Shown here: positions 40,014 to 49,644 of the stretch, piece after piece | Position numbering within the stretch: the stretch's first letter is position 1 | Layout: every line of letters starts with the position of its first letter | NCBI GenBank assembly: GCA_017608625.1 | Contig: JAFCFN010000004.1 | Location: 1 to 63,167, forward strand | Direction of reading: 5' to 3' | DNA: 63,167 nt | From: Candidatus Woesearchaeota archaeon | GTDB taxonomy: Archaea; Nanobdellota; Nanobdellia; Woesearchaeales; JAFCFN01 | Program-made: the position numbers and the translations under genes | Notes under the pieces: model-generated | The model's database searches: none | What the model saw: only the letters and a program-made list of their open reading frames with translations | What the model was told of the DNA's origin: nothing

Positions 40014-40180
40014 GGGCTGGTAGCTCAGTCTGGAGAGCAAAGCGAAACAGTCGCTTCGCTCGTGCAATTGGAGCACTACATTGTTTACAACATGTAAACA
40101 AGGTGAGGCTGATAACGTAGCGGTCGCCGGTTCAAAATTGTAGGAATAGTGTCCTGCAATAGAGAATCCGGTCCAGCCCA
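40014..40180 (+). tRNA. tRNA-Ile(GAT) with three introns: 19/20 (40034-40067), 30/31 (40080-40107), 59/60 (40137-40166)
   Basis: Acceptor GGGCTGG/CCAGCCC, spliced anticodon arm CTACG-CTGATAA-CGTAG, T stem GCCGG/CCGGT; BHB geometry at the junctions. Confidence 0.88.
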
Positions 40181-40321
40181 TGTTCTTTTCTTCTGGATTT
40201 TTTTACGGTTTATCTTTTATAAAGAGAATTTAAATAACCATTCAAACACAATAAAGCTTATAAATAAGTTGTAATTTATAAATAGAAACAGTTAGTTAGC
40301 ACTTTAGGGGGTGGAAAGAAT

Positions 40322-41077
40322 ATGAGTTTAAAAATACTAATGGGAGCTTTATTATGCTTGCTTCTAATTTTAGGGGGTTGTATACAAGTAAGAGTTGTTG
40401 AAGAAGGTGTTGCAGAGAAAGAAACAGTTTCTTCATTAGTACCAAATGTAACAGAAGAAAATATAACTCAAGCAATAAATGCAACAAAAATAGAAGAAAT
40501 AAAAGAAGTTGAAGAAAAAGAAGTTGAAGAAGAGGTCGAGGCAGCAGAAGAGGAAGTAGAAGAAGAAAAAGTGCAAGAGATTAGTGTTACTGAAGGAGAT
40601 TTAATACAGTTAAAAGTTAAGGCAACAGATCCTGATGGAAATCCTTTAACATACTCTTTTTCAGAGCCTTTGAATAGCACAGGAGCATGGCAAACACAAG
40701 AAGGAGATGCAGGAGAGTATAATATTACAGTAACTGTGACTGATTCAGAGGGTTTATCAGCTTCTCAAGAGCTTAAGATAATTGTTTTAGCATTGAATCA
40801 TGCACCTATTTTAGAGAAAATAGACCCAATAGTTGTTGATGAAGGAGATACAATAGAAATTAAAATTAATGCGTCTGATCCAGATGGTGATGAACTAGAG
40901 ATAACATTCTCTGGATGGATGAACTCAAGCACGTATACAACAGACTATGATGATGCAGGCAACTACACAGTTACAGTAAAGGTTACAGATGGTAAAGAAA
41001 CAGTTTCACAGGATATATTAATCACAGTTAACAACAAGAACAGAGCACCAGTTATTACATCAATAAGCCTAACTTAA
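40322..41077 (+). CDS. Lipoprotein with acidic linker and two Ig-like (PKD/cadherin-like) repeats
   Basis: Lipobox LGGC; ATDPDG..LTY and TxYDDAGNYTVTV repeats. Confidence 0.8.
   Translation: MSLKILMGALLCLLLILGGCIQVRVVEEGVAEKETVSSLVPNVTEENITQAINATKIEEIKEVEEKEVEEEVEAAEEEVEEEKVQEISVTEGDLIQLKVKATDPDGNPLTYSFSEPLNSTGAWQTQEGDAGEYNITVTVTDSEGLSASQELKIIVLALNHAPILEKIDPIVVDEGDTIEIKINASDPDGDELEITFSGWMNSSTYTTDYDDAGNYTVTVKVTDGKETVSQDILITVNNKNRAPVITSISLT
40946..41014 (+). repeat. 69-bp exact direct repeat, copy 1 (copy 2 at 41879-41947)
   Basis: TATGATGATGCAGGC...GTTTCACAGGAT is identical in two adjacent genes. Confidence 0.9.
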
Positions 41078-41107
41078 ATTTTATTTTTTCTTTTTAAAAT
41101 ATAAAAA

Positions 41108-42559
41108 ATGAGAAGGGCTTTGATATTATTGTTTGTATTACTTTTTTTAATTAGCCCTTGCTTTGCAATAGACAAAATAACTGTTGATGAAGGCACTCTA
41201 ATAAAACTAAAAATAGATGCATATGATTTGGATAATGATAAATTAGAATATTTCTTTCCAGAACCTTTTAATGAAAATGGGGAATGGCAGACTAATTACA
41301 CAGATGCTGGAATTTATAATTTTACTATTGCTGTAAGTGATGGTAAAGATATTTCTTATAGGCAGGTACAGATCATAATAAAAGACAAAGACAGACCTCC
41401 TGTTTTTGTTGGATTAAAAGACAGTTATGTTGTAAAAGAAAACGAAACTCTAAATATAGAATTAAATGCAACAGACCCTGATGGAGATGAAGTAGATTTT
41501 ATTGCTGTTAATCTTCCAGATACAGCTTCTTTTTCCAAAGGAGTTTTTGAATGGAAACCAGATTTTGATACAGTTGCTAAAGATAATACCTTTAAAAATA
41601 AAGTGCTAACTAAACTTCACTTGTATAATTATTTCAGGAAGAAAGAGGGAAAATTCAATATTGTTTTTGTTGCAAAAGGAAAAGAAGAGTCTACTAAAAA
41701 AGATGTTAAGATCATAGTAAAAGATGTTAACAGGCCTCCTGTTTTAAAGGAGCTAAAAGATATAATTGTAACTGAGGGAGAAAAGATAGAACTAGAGCCA
41801 GAAGCAATAGATCCTGACAATGATGTTTTAACATTCTCTTATTCTGGTTTTATGAACTCAGACAGCTATAAAACAAATTATGATGATGCAGGCAACTACA
41901 CAGTTACAGTAAAGGTTACAGATGGTAAAGAAACAGTTTCACAGGATGTTAAAGTAGTTGTTAAAAATGAAAATAGAGCACCCGAATTTAAGAAGATAAA
42001 GGACAAAGTTGTTTATGAGAATCAAACCATTAAGTTTGAGCTAAAAGCAGAAGACAAGGATAATGATAAAATAACTTATTCTGCTGAACAAATGCCTGAT
42101 GGAGCAAATTTAAGTGATAATGTTTTTACTTATACTCCAGATTTTGATGTAACAAATAGTAGTAAAACATACATTGTAACATTTATTGCAGCTGATTCAG
42201 AAACAGAAACAAAACAAAAAGCAAAAATAACTGTTAGAAATGTGAATAGGAAACCTGTCATTGAAGAATTTTCGAACATAACAAAGGCTTATATAAATGA
42301 ACCAGCTAAATTTTCAGTAAATGCAACAGACCCTGATGGAGACAGTCTAACTTACAAATGGGTGTTTGGTTTATTTGATAGTTATGTAGGAAGTAATTAT
42401 CATATTAGAAAGTTTACAACACCTGGAATTAAGACAGTTAAAGTAATAGTTTCTGATGGAGAATCAGCTATAGTTCAAAAATGGAAAGTGGATGTTAGAG
42501 AAAAAGCAAAACCTGTTGAAACTGTAAAGAAGGTATATAAAACCTATATAATAGAGTAG
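41108..42559 (+). CDS. Secreted protein with tandem Ig-like/PKD repeats
   Basis: Signal peptide; five NRxP..DPDGD repeats. Confidence 0.8.
   Translation: MRRALILLFVLLFLISPCFAIDKITVDEGTLIKLKIDAYDLDNDKLEYFFPEPFNENGEWQTNYTDAGIYNFTIAVSDGKDISYRQVQIIIKDKDRPPVFVGLKDSYVVKENETLNIELNATDPDGDEVDFIAVNLPDTASFSKGVFEWKPDFDTVAKDNTFKNKVLTKLHLYNYFRKKEGKFNIVFVAKGKEESTKKDVKIIVKDVNRPPVLKELKDIIVTEGEKIELEPEAIDPDNDVLTFSYSGFMNSDSYKTNYDDAGNYTVTVKVTDGKETVSQDVKVVVKNENRAPEFKKIKDKVVYENQTIKFELKAEDKDNDKITYSAEQMPDGANLSDNVFTYTPDFDVTNSSKTYIVTFIAADSETETKQKAKITVRNVNRKPVIEEFSNITKAYINEPAKFSVNATDPDGDSLTYKWVFGLFDSYVGSNYHIRKFTTPGIKTVKVIVSDGESAIVQKWKVDVREKAKPVETVKKVYKTYIIE
41879..41947 (+). repeat. 69-bp exact direct repeat, copy 2
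   Basis: Identical to 40946-41014. Confidence 0.9.
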
Positions 42560-42603
42560 TTTTAATCCTAAATTATTTAAATCTTTTATTCTTTATTTTT
42601 CTT

Positions 42604-44193
42604 ATGTCTAAGAAAACAGTTCTTTATTCAAATAATCCTGTTGTAGATTTGGCTTTAGATACAATCAAAATCAACAAACAAGCATTTATTTTTGTTAATA
42701 CAAAGAGTTCTGCTGAAAAAACAGCTGAAGATATTGCAAATGCATTAGGCAAAAACACTATAAAAAAAGAATTAGAAGAATTAGCTGATAAGATAGAGCA
42801 TGTTCTGTCAAAACCAACCAAGCAGTGTGTGAGATTAGCAAAATGTATTAGAAAAGGAATAGCATTTCATCACGCTGGTTTAACAAATGAACAAAAGAAT
42901 ATGATAGAGGATTCTTTTAGAGAGGGTTTAATAAAAATAATCTGCTGTACTCCAACACTAGCAGCAGGAGTTGATCTACCAGCTTATAGAGTTATAATAA
43001 GAGATTTAAGAAGATTTGGATTTAGAGGATATGTGTGGATTCCTGTTTTGGAATATTTGCAAATGGCAGGTAGAGCAGGAAGGCCAAGTTTTGATAAAAA
43101 AGGAGAGGCAATAGCAATAGCAAAAACAGAAGCAGAAAAAGAAAAGATAATTGACAGTTATATTAATGGAGAGGCAGAAGACATTTATAGTAAACTAGCT
43201 GTTGAACCTATTTTAAGAATGTATCTGCTTTCTTTAATAGCAACAGAGTTTGTTAATACTAAAAAGGCAATTATGGAGTTTTTTTCAAAAACATTTTATG
43301 CTCATCAATTTAGAGATCTCTACAAGATTGAATCAATAATAACAAAGACTTTGGGTTTATTAGAGGAATGGGAATTTATTAACTCTAATAAACTTCCCCA
43401 ACCCACCCGCCCCCACCATCCACCAGAAAGAGATTTTGTATCTGCACTCGAACTAACTAATAATTATTCTATAAAAGCAACTTTATTAGGAAAAAGAGTT
43501 GCAGAGCTTTATATAGATCCTTTAACAGCACACCACATAATAGAGTGTTTGAAAAAAGCAAATAAGAGAGAAGTTTCTGCTATTGCTTTATTGCAGATGA
43601 TTTGCAATACTTTAGAGATGGAACCTCTTCTTAAAGTTAAGTTAAAAGAGTATGATGAAATTCAGTCAGAGATACTTAAATATGATTTTCTTGAACAGCC
43701 AAATATGTGGGATGAGGGTTATGAGGATTGGCTTAATTCTGTTAAAACAGCTTTGTTTTTTAATGATTGGATAAATGAAAAAGATGATGAATATTTGTTA
43801 GAAAAATACAAAATAAGACCAGGAGAAACAAGGGCAAAACTAGAAAGAGCAGATTGGCTGCTTTATTCTACATCAGAGTTAAGTAGGATATTACGCTTTC
43901 AAAAAATATTAAAAGATATTTTAAAATTAAGATTTAGGATAAAATATGGTGTTAAAGAGGAGTTACTGCCTTTGTTGAAATTAGAAGGTATTGGTAGAGT
44001 TAGAGCAAGAAAATTATTTAATAATGGAATTAAAACAATTAAAGATGTTAAAAAGGTTGATGTAGTTAAACTCATTCAAATAGTTGGAAAGAAAACTGCT
44101 TTAGATATTAAAAAGCAGGTTGGTCAAGAAATAAAAGAAGTGCCTAAAAGCAAGAGAAGAGGACAGTTGAGTTTGGGGAAATATCAAGAATGA
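42604..44193 (+). CDS. hel308: Hel308/Ski2-like helicase lacking the N-terminal RecA domain
   Basis: GIAFHHAGL, TPTLAAGVDLPA, QMAGRAGRP, GIGRVRARKL; no Walker A or DExH. Confidence 0.85.
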   Translation: MSKKTVLYSNNPVVDLALDTIKINKQAFIFVNTKSSAEKTAEDIANALGKNTIKKELEELADKIEHVLSKPTKQCVRLAKCIRKGIAFHHAGLTNEQKNMIEDSFREGLIKIICCTPTLAAGVDLPAYRVIIRDLRRFGFRGYVWIPVLEYLQMAGRAGRPSFDKKGEAIAIAKTEAEKEKIIDSYINGEAEDIYSKLAVEPILRMYLLSLIATEFVNTKKAIMEFFSKTFYAHQFRDLYKIESIITKTLGLLEEWEFINSNKLPQPTRPHHPPERDFVSALELTNNYSIKATLLGKRVAELYIDPLTAHHIIECLKKANKREVSAIALLQMICNTLEMEPLLKVKLKEYDEIQSEILKYDFLEQPNMWDEGYEDWLNSVKTALFFNDWINEKDDEYLLEKYKIRPGETRAKLERADWLLYSTSELSRILRFQKILKDILKLRFRIKYGVKEELLPLLKLEGIGRVRARKLFNNGIKTIKDVKKVDVVKLIQIVGKKTALDIKKQVGQEIKEVPKSKRRGQLSLGKYQE

Positions 44194-44702
44194 AAATATG
44201 TAAAACAGATTATAAGGCAAAACTGTTTGTAGGAGTTATGTTTTCTGATGAGAAATTATTAAATAAAGTAATTGGTGATCTAAAACAGAAATTTGGTGAA
44301 TTAGAAGAGGATTATTTAGAGTATGACTTTGATTTTACTAATTATTATGAAGAAGAGATGGGCAAGAATTTGAAAAAAAGAATTATTGTTTTTAAAGATT
44401 TGATAAATAGAGAAGAGATTGCTGATATTAAAATCTTTACTAATGAATTGGAGGAGAAATATTCTAAGGACGGTAAAAGGCAAGTGAATTTAGATCCTGG
44501 TTATTTTACAAAAGATCAGTTGTTATTACCATCTGCAAAAGAAAGCGCCTATAAAGTTTATTTGGGGAAAGGCGTTTTTGGACATTTATGCCTTATATTT
44601 AGTGGAAATAAAGCAATAGAAGTTAATAGAACATTCCCTGATTTTAGAACAGAACAAGTCAAAAATTTTTTTTTAGATTTAAAGAATAGATTGCCCCTAT
44701 AG
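44190..44702 (+). CDS. DUF4416-family protein
   Basis: FTNYYEEEMG, KIFTNELE, RQVNLDPGY, FPDFR. Confidence 0.8.
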   Translation: MKICKTDYKAKLFVGVMFSDEKLLNKVIGDLKQKFGELEEDYLEYDFDFTNYYEEEMGKNLKKRIIVFKDLINREEIADIKIFTNELEEKYSKDGKRQVNLDPGYFTKDQLLLPSAKESAYKVYLGKGVFGHLCLIFSGNKAIEVNRTFPDFRTEQVKNFFLDLKNRLPL

Positions 44703-44779
44703 TTCAGCTTGGATAGAACACAAGCTTGCGGTTTTTAAGTAAAAAGCTTGTAACCTCGGTTCAAATCCGGGTAGGGGCA
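44693..44779 (+). tRNA. tRNA-Arg(GCG) with 13-nt intron at 37/38 (44732-44744)
   Basis: Acceptor GCCCCTA/TAGGGGC, anticodon stem CAAGC/GCTTG, TTCAAAT loop, BHB helix TTGC/GTAA. Confidence 0.92.
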
Positions 44780-44837
44780 TTTTAAGCTTGGTAAAAAAAG
44801 AAAATTTTTTAAAAATCTTATTTATTATATTAACATC

Positions 44838-45503
44838 ATGTTAAGAATCAGTCTTATTGGTGCAGGCGATATAAATTATCACTATTTTAAATTATTGAAA
44901 ATAGATGAAAACAAATTTAACAAAGAATTAGATGATATAGCAAAAGTTCTTGTAGAAGAGAACTGTGAAATTGTATTGCTTCCTGACAGAGGAGTTTGTT
45001 TTGAAATAGCAAAAAGATATAAAAAGAATTGTGGAGCAAAGGTATTAGGAACAGTTCCTTTATCAGACAAGGATTTTGGAATAAATCATTTAAGACCGTA
45101 TATGGAAGCAGATGTTAATGGTAAAAAAATTTTTGATAAATTTATTGATACTGATAACTGGTATAAGCAAGATTTAACTTGTTGTATTTTTGGTGACGCT
45201 ATCTTAATGTTAGGTAATAGCTTAGGTTCTCTCGGTGAACTGGTTTATGGATATTATTTATATAAATTGTTTGTAGGAGATAAACCAGAGGTTAAAGCAA
45301 AGAAAAAAGCAATTCACCCAGAGACTAGGGCTGGAGAAAAAATACCTTATTCTGTTATTGTTTATCAACCATTTCTTAAGGGGAAATTGAATTCAGAAAT
45401 TGAGACATATATTAAAAAACTGAATGGAAATGTTTATTATGTTAACAATAGTAATGAATTAAAAAAAGTTTTAGAAAAATTAAAATCGCTAGCTCGCAAT
45501 TAG
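44838..45503 (+). CDS. Hypothetical Rossmann-like protein (possibly LOG/SLOG superfamily)
   Basis: ISLIGAG, VLGTVP, SLGSLGEL. Confidence 0.55.
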   Translation: MLRISLIGAGDINYHYFKLLKIDENKFNKELDDIAKVLVEENCEIVLLPDRGVCFEIAKRYKKNCGAKVLGTVPLSDKDFGINHLRPYMEADVNGKKIFDKFIDTDNWYKQDLTCCIFGDAILMLGNSLGSLGELVYGYYLYKLFVGDKPEVKAKKKAIHPETRAGEKIPYSVIVYQPFLKGKLNSEIETYIKKLNGNVYYVNNSNELKKVLEKLKSLARN

Positions 45504-45701
45504 ATGTAATTGAGTATTGAAATTTATTTTGTCAATTCAATATATTTTACCAAAAGGTGCGAATATTTGTATGATCCGCTTATTTAAAAGAAAAAGTTCC
45601 ACTAAAACCCAAACACTTAAATATATGAACAGATAATTCATTAAAAAACGCTTAGATAAGCTTTCTTAGCTTATTTTTTCGTTTAAAAGGGAGTTGATAT
45701 T

Positions 45702-46127
45702 ATGTCTGTTAAAAAAGGAGATAAAGTAAAGGTTGAATATACTGGAACACTAGATGATGGAACTGTTTTTGACACATCAGAAGGAAGAGAGCCTTTGGAG
45801 TTTGAAGTAGGCTCTGGTCAAATAATTAAAGGTTTTGATGATGCAGTTATAGGAATGAAAAAGGGAGAAGAGAAAGAGATAAAAATATCCCCATCAGAAG
45901 CATATGGAGAGGTTAATCCAGAATTAATAAAGAAAATTCCAAAAGATAATCTTCCGCCTGGGCAAGAACCACAACCAGGGATGATGCTTGTTTTGGGTAC
46001 ACCAGATGGAAGACGGATTCCAGCAAAGATAACTGAAGTTACGGACAAGGATGTAACTATTGACCTTAATCACCCTTTAGCTGGAAAAACCCTTAATTTC
46101 AAGATTAAGGTTGTGGATATATTATAA
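45702..46127 (+). CDS. slyD: FKBP-type PPIase, SlyD-like
   Basis: YTGTLDDGTVFDTS, DLNHPLAGKTLNF. Confidence 0.93.
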   Translation: MSVKKGDKVKVEYTGTLDDGTVFDTSEGREPLEFEVGSGQIIKGFDDAVIGMKKGEEKEIKISPSEAYGEVNPELIKKIPKDNLPPGQEPQPGMMLVLGTPDGRRIPAKITEVTDKDVTIDLNHPLAGKTLNFKIKVVDIL

Positions 46128-46240
46128 AACACCCAATAAAAGCAGCTTAAAAAATTCTGATTGAAAAGAAAAAATTTATATATAGTTACTTCTAAATAGT
46201 TACTAATTATAAAAAGGATGTCCTAGGTTCTGCTATAAAA

Positions 46241-47938
46241 ATGAACTTTAAAAAATTAAAAACAACAATTTTTCTATTGCTTTTGACTTTATTGCTTCCA
46301 AATTTTAAACAGAAAAAGCCTGTTAAAATCATCCCGGCATTGAAAAATGCTCTTATACTGACTGATAATGAAGTTAATTCATTAAACGAAGGCAATAGAA
46401 TTGTTGTCAATATTCCCTCCTATATGCTTTATTTTTGTAAAGATAACGAGATTGTAAAGAGTTATCCCATAAGTGTAGGCAGAAAAGGAAAACCTACTCC
46501 TGAAGGATTTTTTATTATAGATAGAAAGGAGAAAAGCCCATCTTATGTCCCTCTTGAAGGATCTCCTCATAGAAAGATTGCGAATTATTTTCCTCCAGGT
46601 AGGAATAATCCTTTTGGTACAAGATTAATGCATTTTTATAGTCATTTTTATATTCATGGTCTTCCAGATAAAGAGAGTTACTTGATAGGAAAAACAAAAG
46701 AAGATGGTTGTATTGGTATGTTAAATAAAGATATAGAAGAACTTTTTGATTATATACAACTCGGGACAAGAGTGGATATATTTTACAGAACATATTTGAT
46801 AACTAATCTGAAATCAAAATTAAATTGCCAAAAACTTCAGGACATTTACGATGGCTATAGAAGGATTATAATAAACAGAGAAGATTCTACCAAAAAAATT
46901 AAAAAAATTCCTGTGAGTTGGGTGAATCTTGCAAAGTTAAATGAAGTATCTCCAGAAAATTGGAATTTGGAAAGAAGATCTTTAGATGAAATAATTGCAA
47001 TAACTGATGAAGGATTTTATGATTATAAAATTGGAACAGCAGAACTAGTTGCTGGAGGAGATGTTATGTTGGGTTGGTTTATTGATCGATTTCTGAAAAG
47101 TGATTATGATCCTTTTTTATATATAAAACCTGTATTGAAAAATTCAGATATAGCTTTTTGTAATCTTGAAGCACCTTTTACAACCCGCGGAGAAAAAATA
47201 GAAAAAAAATTTAATTTTAGAGTTGATCCACAAAGAGTAATTTATTTGCAAAATGCAGAATTTGATATAGTTAGTATTGCAAACAACCACATTATGGATT
47301 ATGGCAAGCAAGGTTTAGAAGACACAATAGCAACTCTTGAGAGAGCAAGTATAACCTATTGTGGTGCAGGCATTTCTCTTAGCAAAGCAAGAGAAATTAG
47401 AATAATTAAAAAAAGAGGAGTTAAGTTTGCATTTCTTGGCTATTCAACCGTACAACCTTCTGACATTTTCGCAAGGCCAGGTACTCCTGGAGTAGCTTAT
47501 GCGAGCAAAGGATGGATTAAAGAAGATGTAAAAAAAGCGCAAAATTTAGCAGATATAGTTGTAGTTTCTTTACATAGCGGGGTAGAAAAAAACTATTCTC
47601 CCACTAGACGACAAAAAGAGCTTGCAAGATCAGCAATAGATGCTGGTGCACACATAGTTCTTGGACATCATCCACATGTGCTTGAAGGGATAGAAGAGTA
47701 CAAAAAAGGACTTATTATTTATTCTTTGGGAAATTTTGTGTTTGGCGCTTATAGAGGAAAGGAAATAAATAAAGGAATGATTTTACAAATAAAAGTAAAC
47801 AAGTATGGTATTGAAGATTATAATATACTTCCAATTGATATTTCTCCTGAAGTCAAATATCAACCGAGAATATTAAAGGGTAAAAAAAAAGAAAAGGTTC
47901 TCAACAAAATTAAAAAATTTTCTCAATATATCAAGTAA
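46241..47938 (+). CDS. Exported fusion: YkuD L,D-transpeptidase-like domain + CapA (PGA_cap) metallophosphatase domain
   Basis: YPISVG..PTPEG, PPGRNNPFG, YIHG..GCI; GGDVML, NLEAP, ANNHIMDYG, SLHSG, GHHPHV, YSLGNF. Confidence 0.88.
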   Translation: MNFKKLKTTIFLLLLTLLLPNFKQKKPVKIIPALKNALILTDNEVNSLNEGNRIVVNIPSYMLYFCKDNEIVKSYPISVGRKGKPTPEGFFIIDRKEKSPSYVPLEGSPHRKIANYFPPGRNNPFGTRLMHFYSHFYIHGLPDKESYLIGKTKEDGCIGMLNKDIEELFDYIQLGTRVDIFYRTYLITNLKSKLNCQKLQDIYDGYRRIIINREDSTKKIKKIPVSWVNLAKLNEVSPENWNLERRSLDEIIAITDEGFYDYKIGTAELVAGGDVMLGWFIDRFLKSDYDPFLYIKPVLKNSDIAFCNLEAPFTTRGEKIEKKFNFRVDPQRVIYLQNAEFDIVSIANNHIMDYGKQGLEDTIATLERASITYCGAGISLSKAREIRIIKKRGVKFAFLGYSTVQPSDIFARPGTPGVAYASKGWIKEDVKKAQNLADIVVVSLHSGVEKNYSPTRRQKELARSAIDAGAHIVLGHHPHVLEGIEEYKKGLIIYSLGNFVFGAYRGKEINKGMILQIKVNKYGIEDYNILPIDISPEVKYQPRILKGKKKEKVLNKIKKFSQYIK

Positions 47939-47949
47939 AACTCTGATAG

Positions 47950-49644
47950 TTATAGAACTCTTTTAACCTCATAAATAACAATCGCCTTTTTCTTGCCTTT
48001 GACTTTTACTTTGCCTAATTTTTTAACATTAACATTCTTTTTAACTAATTTATATGTATCTTCACTAATTAATACTTGTCCACCTTTTGCTATGCTGCAT
48101 AATCTTGCTGCTGTATTAACGCTATCACCGATTGCAGTATATTCCATTCTTTTTTCTGAGCCTATATTGCCTATTACAGCATAACCGGAGTTTATACCAA
48201 TACCAAATTTGACATTTTGTTTCAGACTGGTTGCAATTTTTTGCATTTCCAAAGCAGCTTTTATAGCATTTAAAGCATGATTTTTTTGTTTTAACGGAGC
48301 ACCGAATATTGCCATTATTGCGTCTCCCATATACTTGTCTAAAGTTCCATTATATTCAAACACAGCCTCTGTCATTTTTCCAAGATAAAGATTTAGCATT
48401 TTAACAACCTTTTCTGGAGGCAATTTTTCTGATAAAGCAGTAAATCCTCTGATGTCTGCAAACAGTGTTGTTATTTGTCTTTTTATTCCTTTTAGCTCAA
48501 TCTTTTCCTTACTTAAAATCTCTTTGGCAACATTTTCAGAGACATATTTTCCAAAAACAGACATTACTCTTTTTTTGCTTTTTTCTTCTGTTAAATAATT
48601 CATAACTGCAATTCCTGTATAAATAAATATGACATTAATTGGAGGATATATTATGTTCATTATTAGGCCTTTTTTGAAAGCAAAGATTGTGATAATTAAG
48701 TATACAAAAATTAATAAGATTGTTATAACTGTGGCTTTGAATATTCTAAAACCATATAAGATTAAGCTAGTTATAAGTCCAATAATGAATATTGTTAATA
48801 TAACGCTTAAATCTGTTTGATTAACTAAAAATTTTTTTGTCAAGAGTGTTTGAATAATATTGGCATGAATCTCAACACCAGGCATCGCTTTCCCCATAGA
48901 TGTTGGGACAAATGCATCATCATGCAAATCCGGAGAAGTAGCGCCAATTAGTACAATTTTATCTTTGAAGTCGACATTGACTTTTTTATTCAAAACATCA
49001 GAAAAAGAAAGTGTTGTAAAAGTGCCTGGTTTTCCTATAAAATTGATAAGCAGCTTATTAGTGTTGATCTGAAAATCTTCTATTCCTAAATAACTTTTTA
49101 AGATCTGCAAGGAAAAGCTCTCATAACTTTCATTACCGTGAATTTTCAGTATTGCTGATCTTGTTATACCATCATCATCTGTTAAAATATTTATGTGTCC
49201 TAGTCTAAGTGCAGCTTCTCTTAAAGCAGGAATAGGTTTTAGTATATCTCCACCTTTGCCTTCTTCATTAAAACTCATATATTCAACAGGGTAAACTATG
49301 TTCCCTGCTTTTTTTGTTGCATTTGCCAATAGTTTATCTTCAATAGGATCAGAAGGCTCAAAAAATGCAACATCTATACCAATAACTGCAGCATCAGATA
49401 TCAAAGGAATAAGTTGAGTAAAATTGTTCCTGCTCCACGGCCATCTTCCTATTTCTTGCAGGCTTTTATCGTCAATGGCGATTATTACAATATTATCTAA
49501 TGGCTTTTGTTCAGAATAAAGTGTATCAGCCAGTTTATGTTGCCATTTTGAAAAAACACTTGTATAAAACAAAACAGAAAAAGCAGAACTGATGATTAAT
49601 GCAATCAATATACAGAAAAAAAGCTTTTTGTTTCTTGTTAACAT
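47950..49644 (-). CDS. CHASE2-domain class III adenylate cyclase
   Basis: IGRWPWSR, DDDGITR, MPGVEIHAN; three TM; FADIRGFT, DKYMGD, YTAIGDSVNTAARL. Confidence 0.93.
   Translation of the reverse strand: MLTRNKKLFFCILIALIISSAFSVLFYTSVFSKWQHKLADTLYSEQKPLDNIVIIAIDDKSLQEIGRWPWSRNNFTQLIPLISDAAVIGIDVAFFEPSDPIEDKLLANATKKAGNIVYPVEYMSFNEEGKGGDILKPIPALREAALRLGHINILTDDDGITRSAILKIHGNESYESFSLQILKSYLGIEDFQINTNKLLINFIGKPGTFTTLSFSDVLNKKVNVDFKDKIVLIGATSPDLHDDAFVPTSMGKAMPGVEIHANIIQTLLTKKFLVNQTDLSVILTIFIIGLITSLILYGFRIFKATVITILLIFVYLIITIFAFKKGLIMNIIYPPINVIFIYTGIAVMNYLTEEKSKKRVMSVFGKYVSENVAKEILSKEKIELKGIKRQITTLFADIRGFTALSEKLPPEKVVKMLNLYLGKMTEAVFEYNGTLDKYMGDAIMAIFGAPLKQKNHALNAIKAALEMQKIATSLKQNVKFGIGINSGYAVIGNIGSEKRMEYTAIGDSVNTAARLCSIAKGGQVLISEDTYKLVKKNVNVKKLGKVKVKGKKKAIVIYEVKRVL

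Noticed and set aside
43383-43438. BHB mRNA intron around the C-rich helicase insert
   Set aside because: No inner stem, and predicted excision (46 nt) would shift the frame.
45646-45685. Imperfect hairpin upstream of slyD
   Set aside because: AT-rich, single copy, no recognisable RNA motif.
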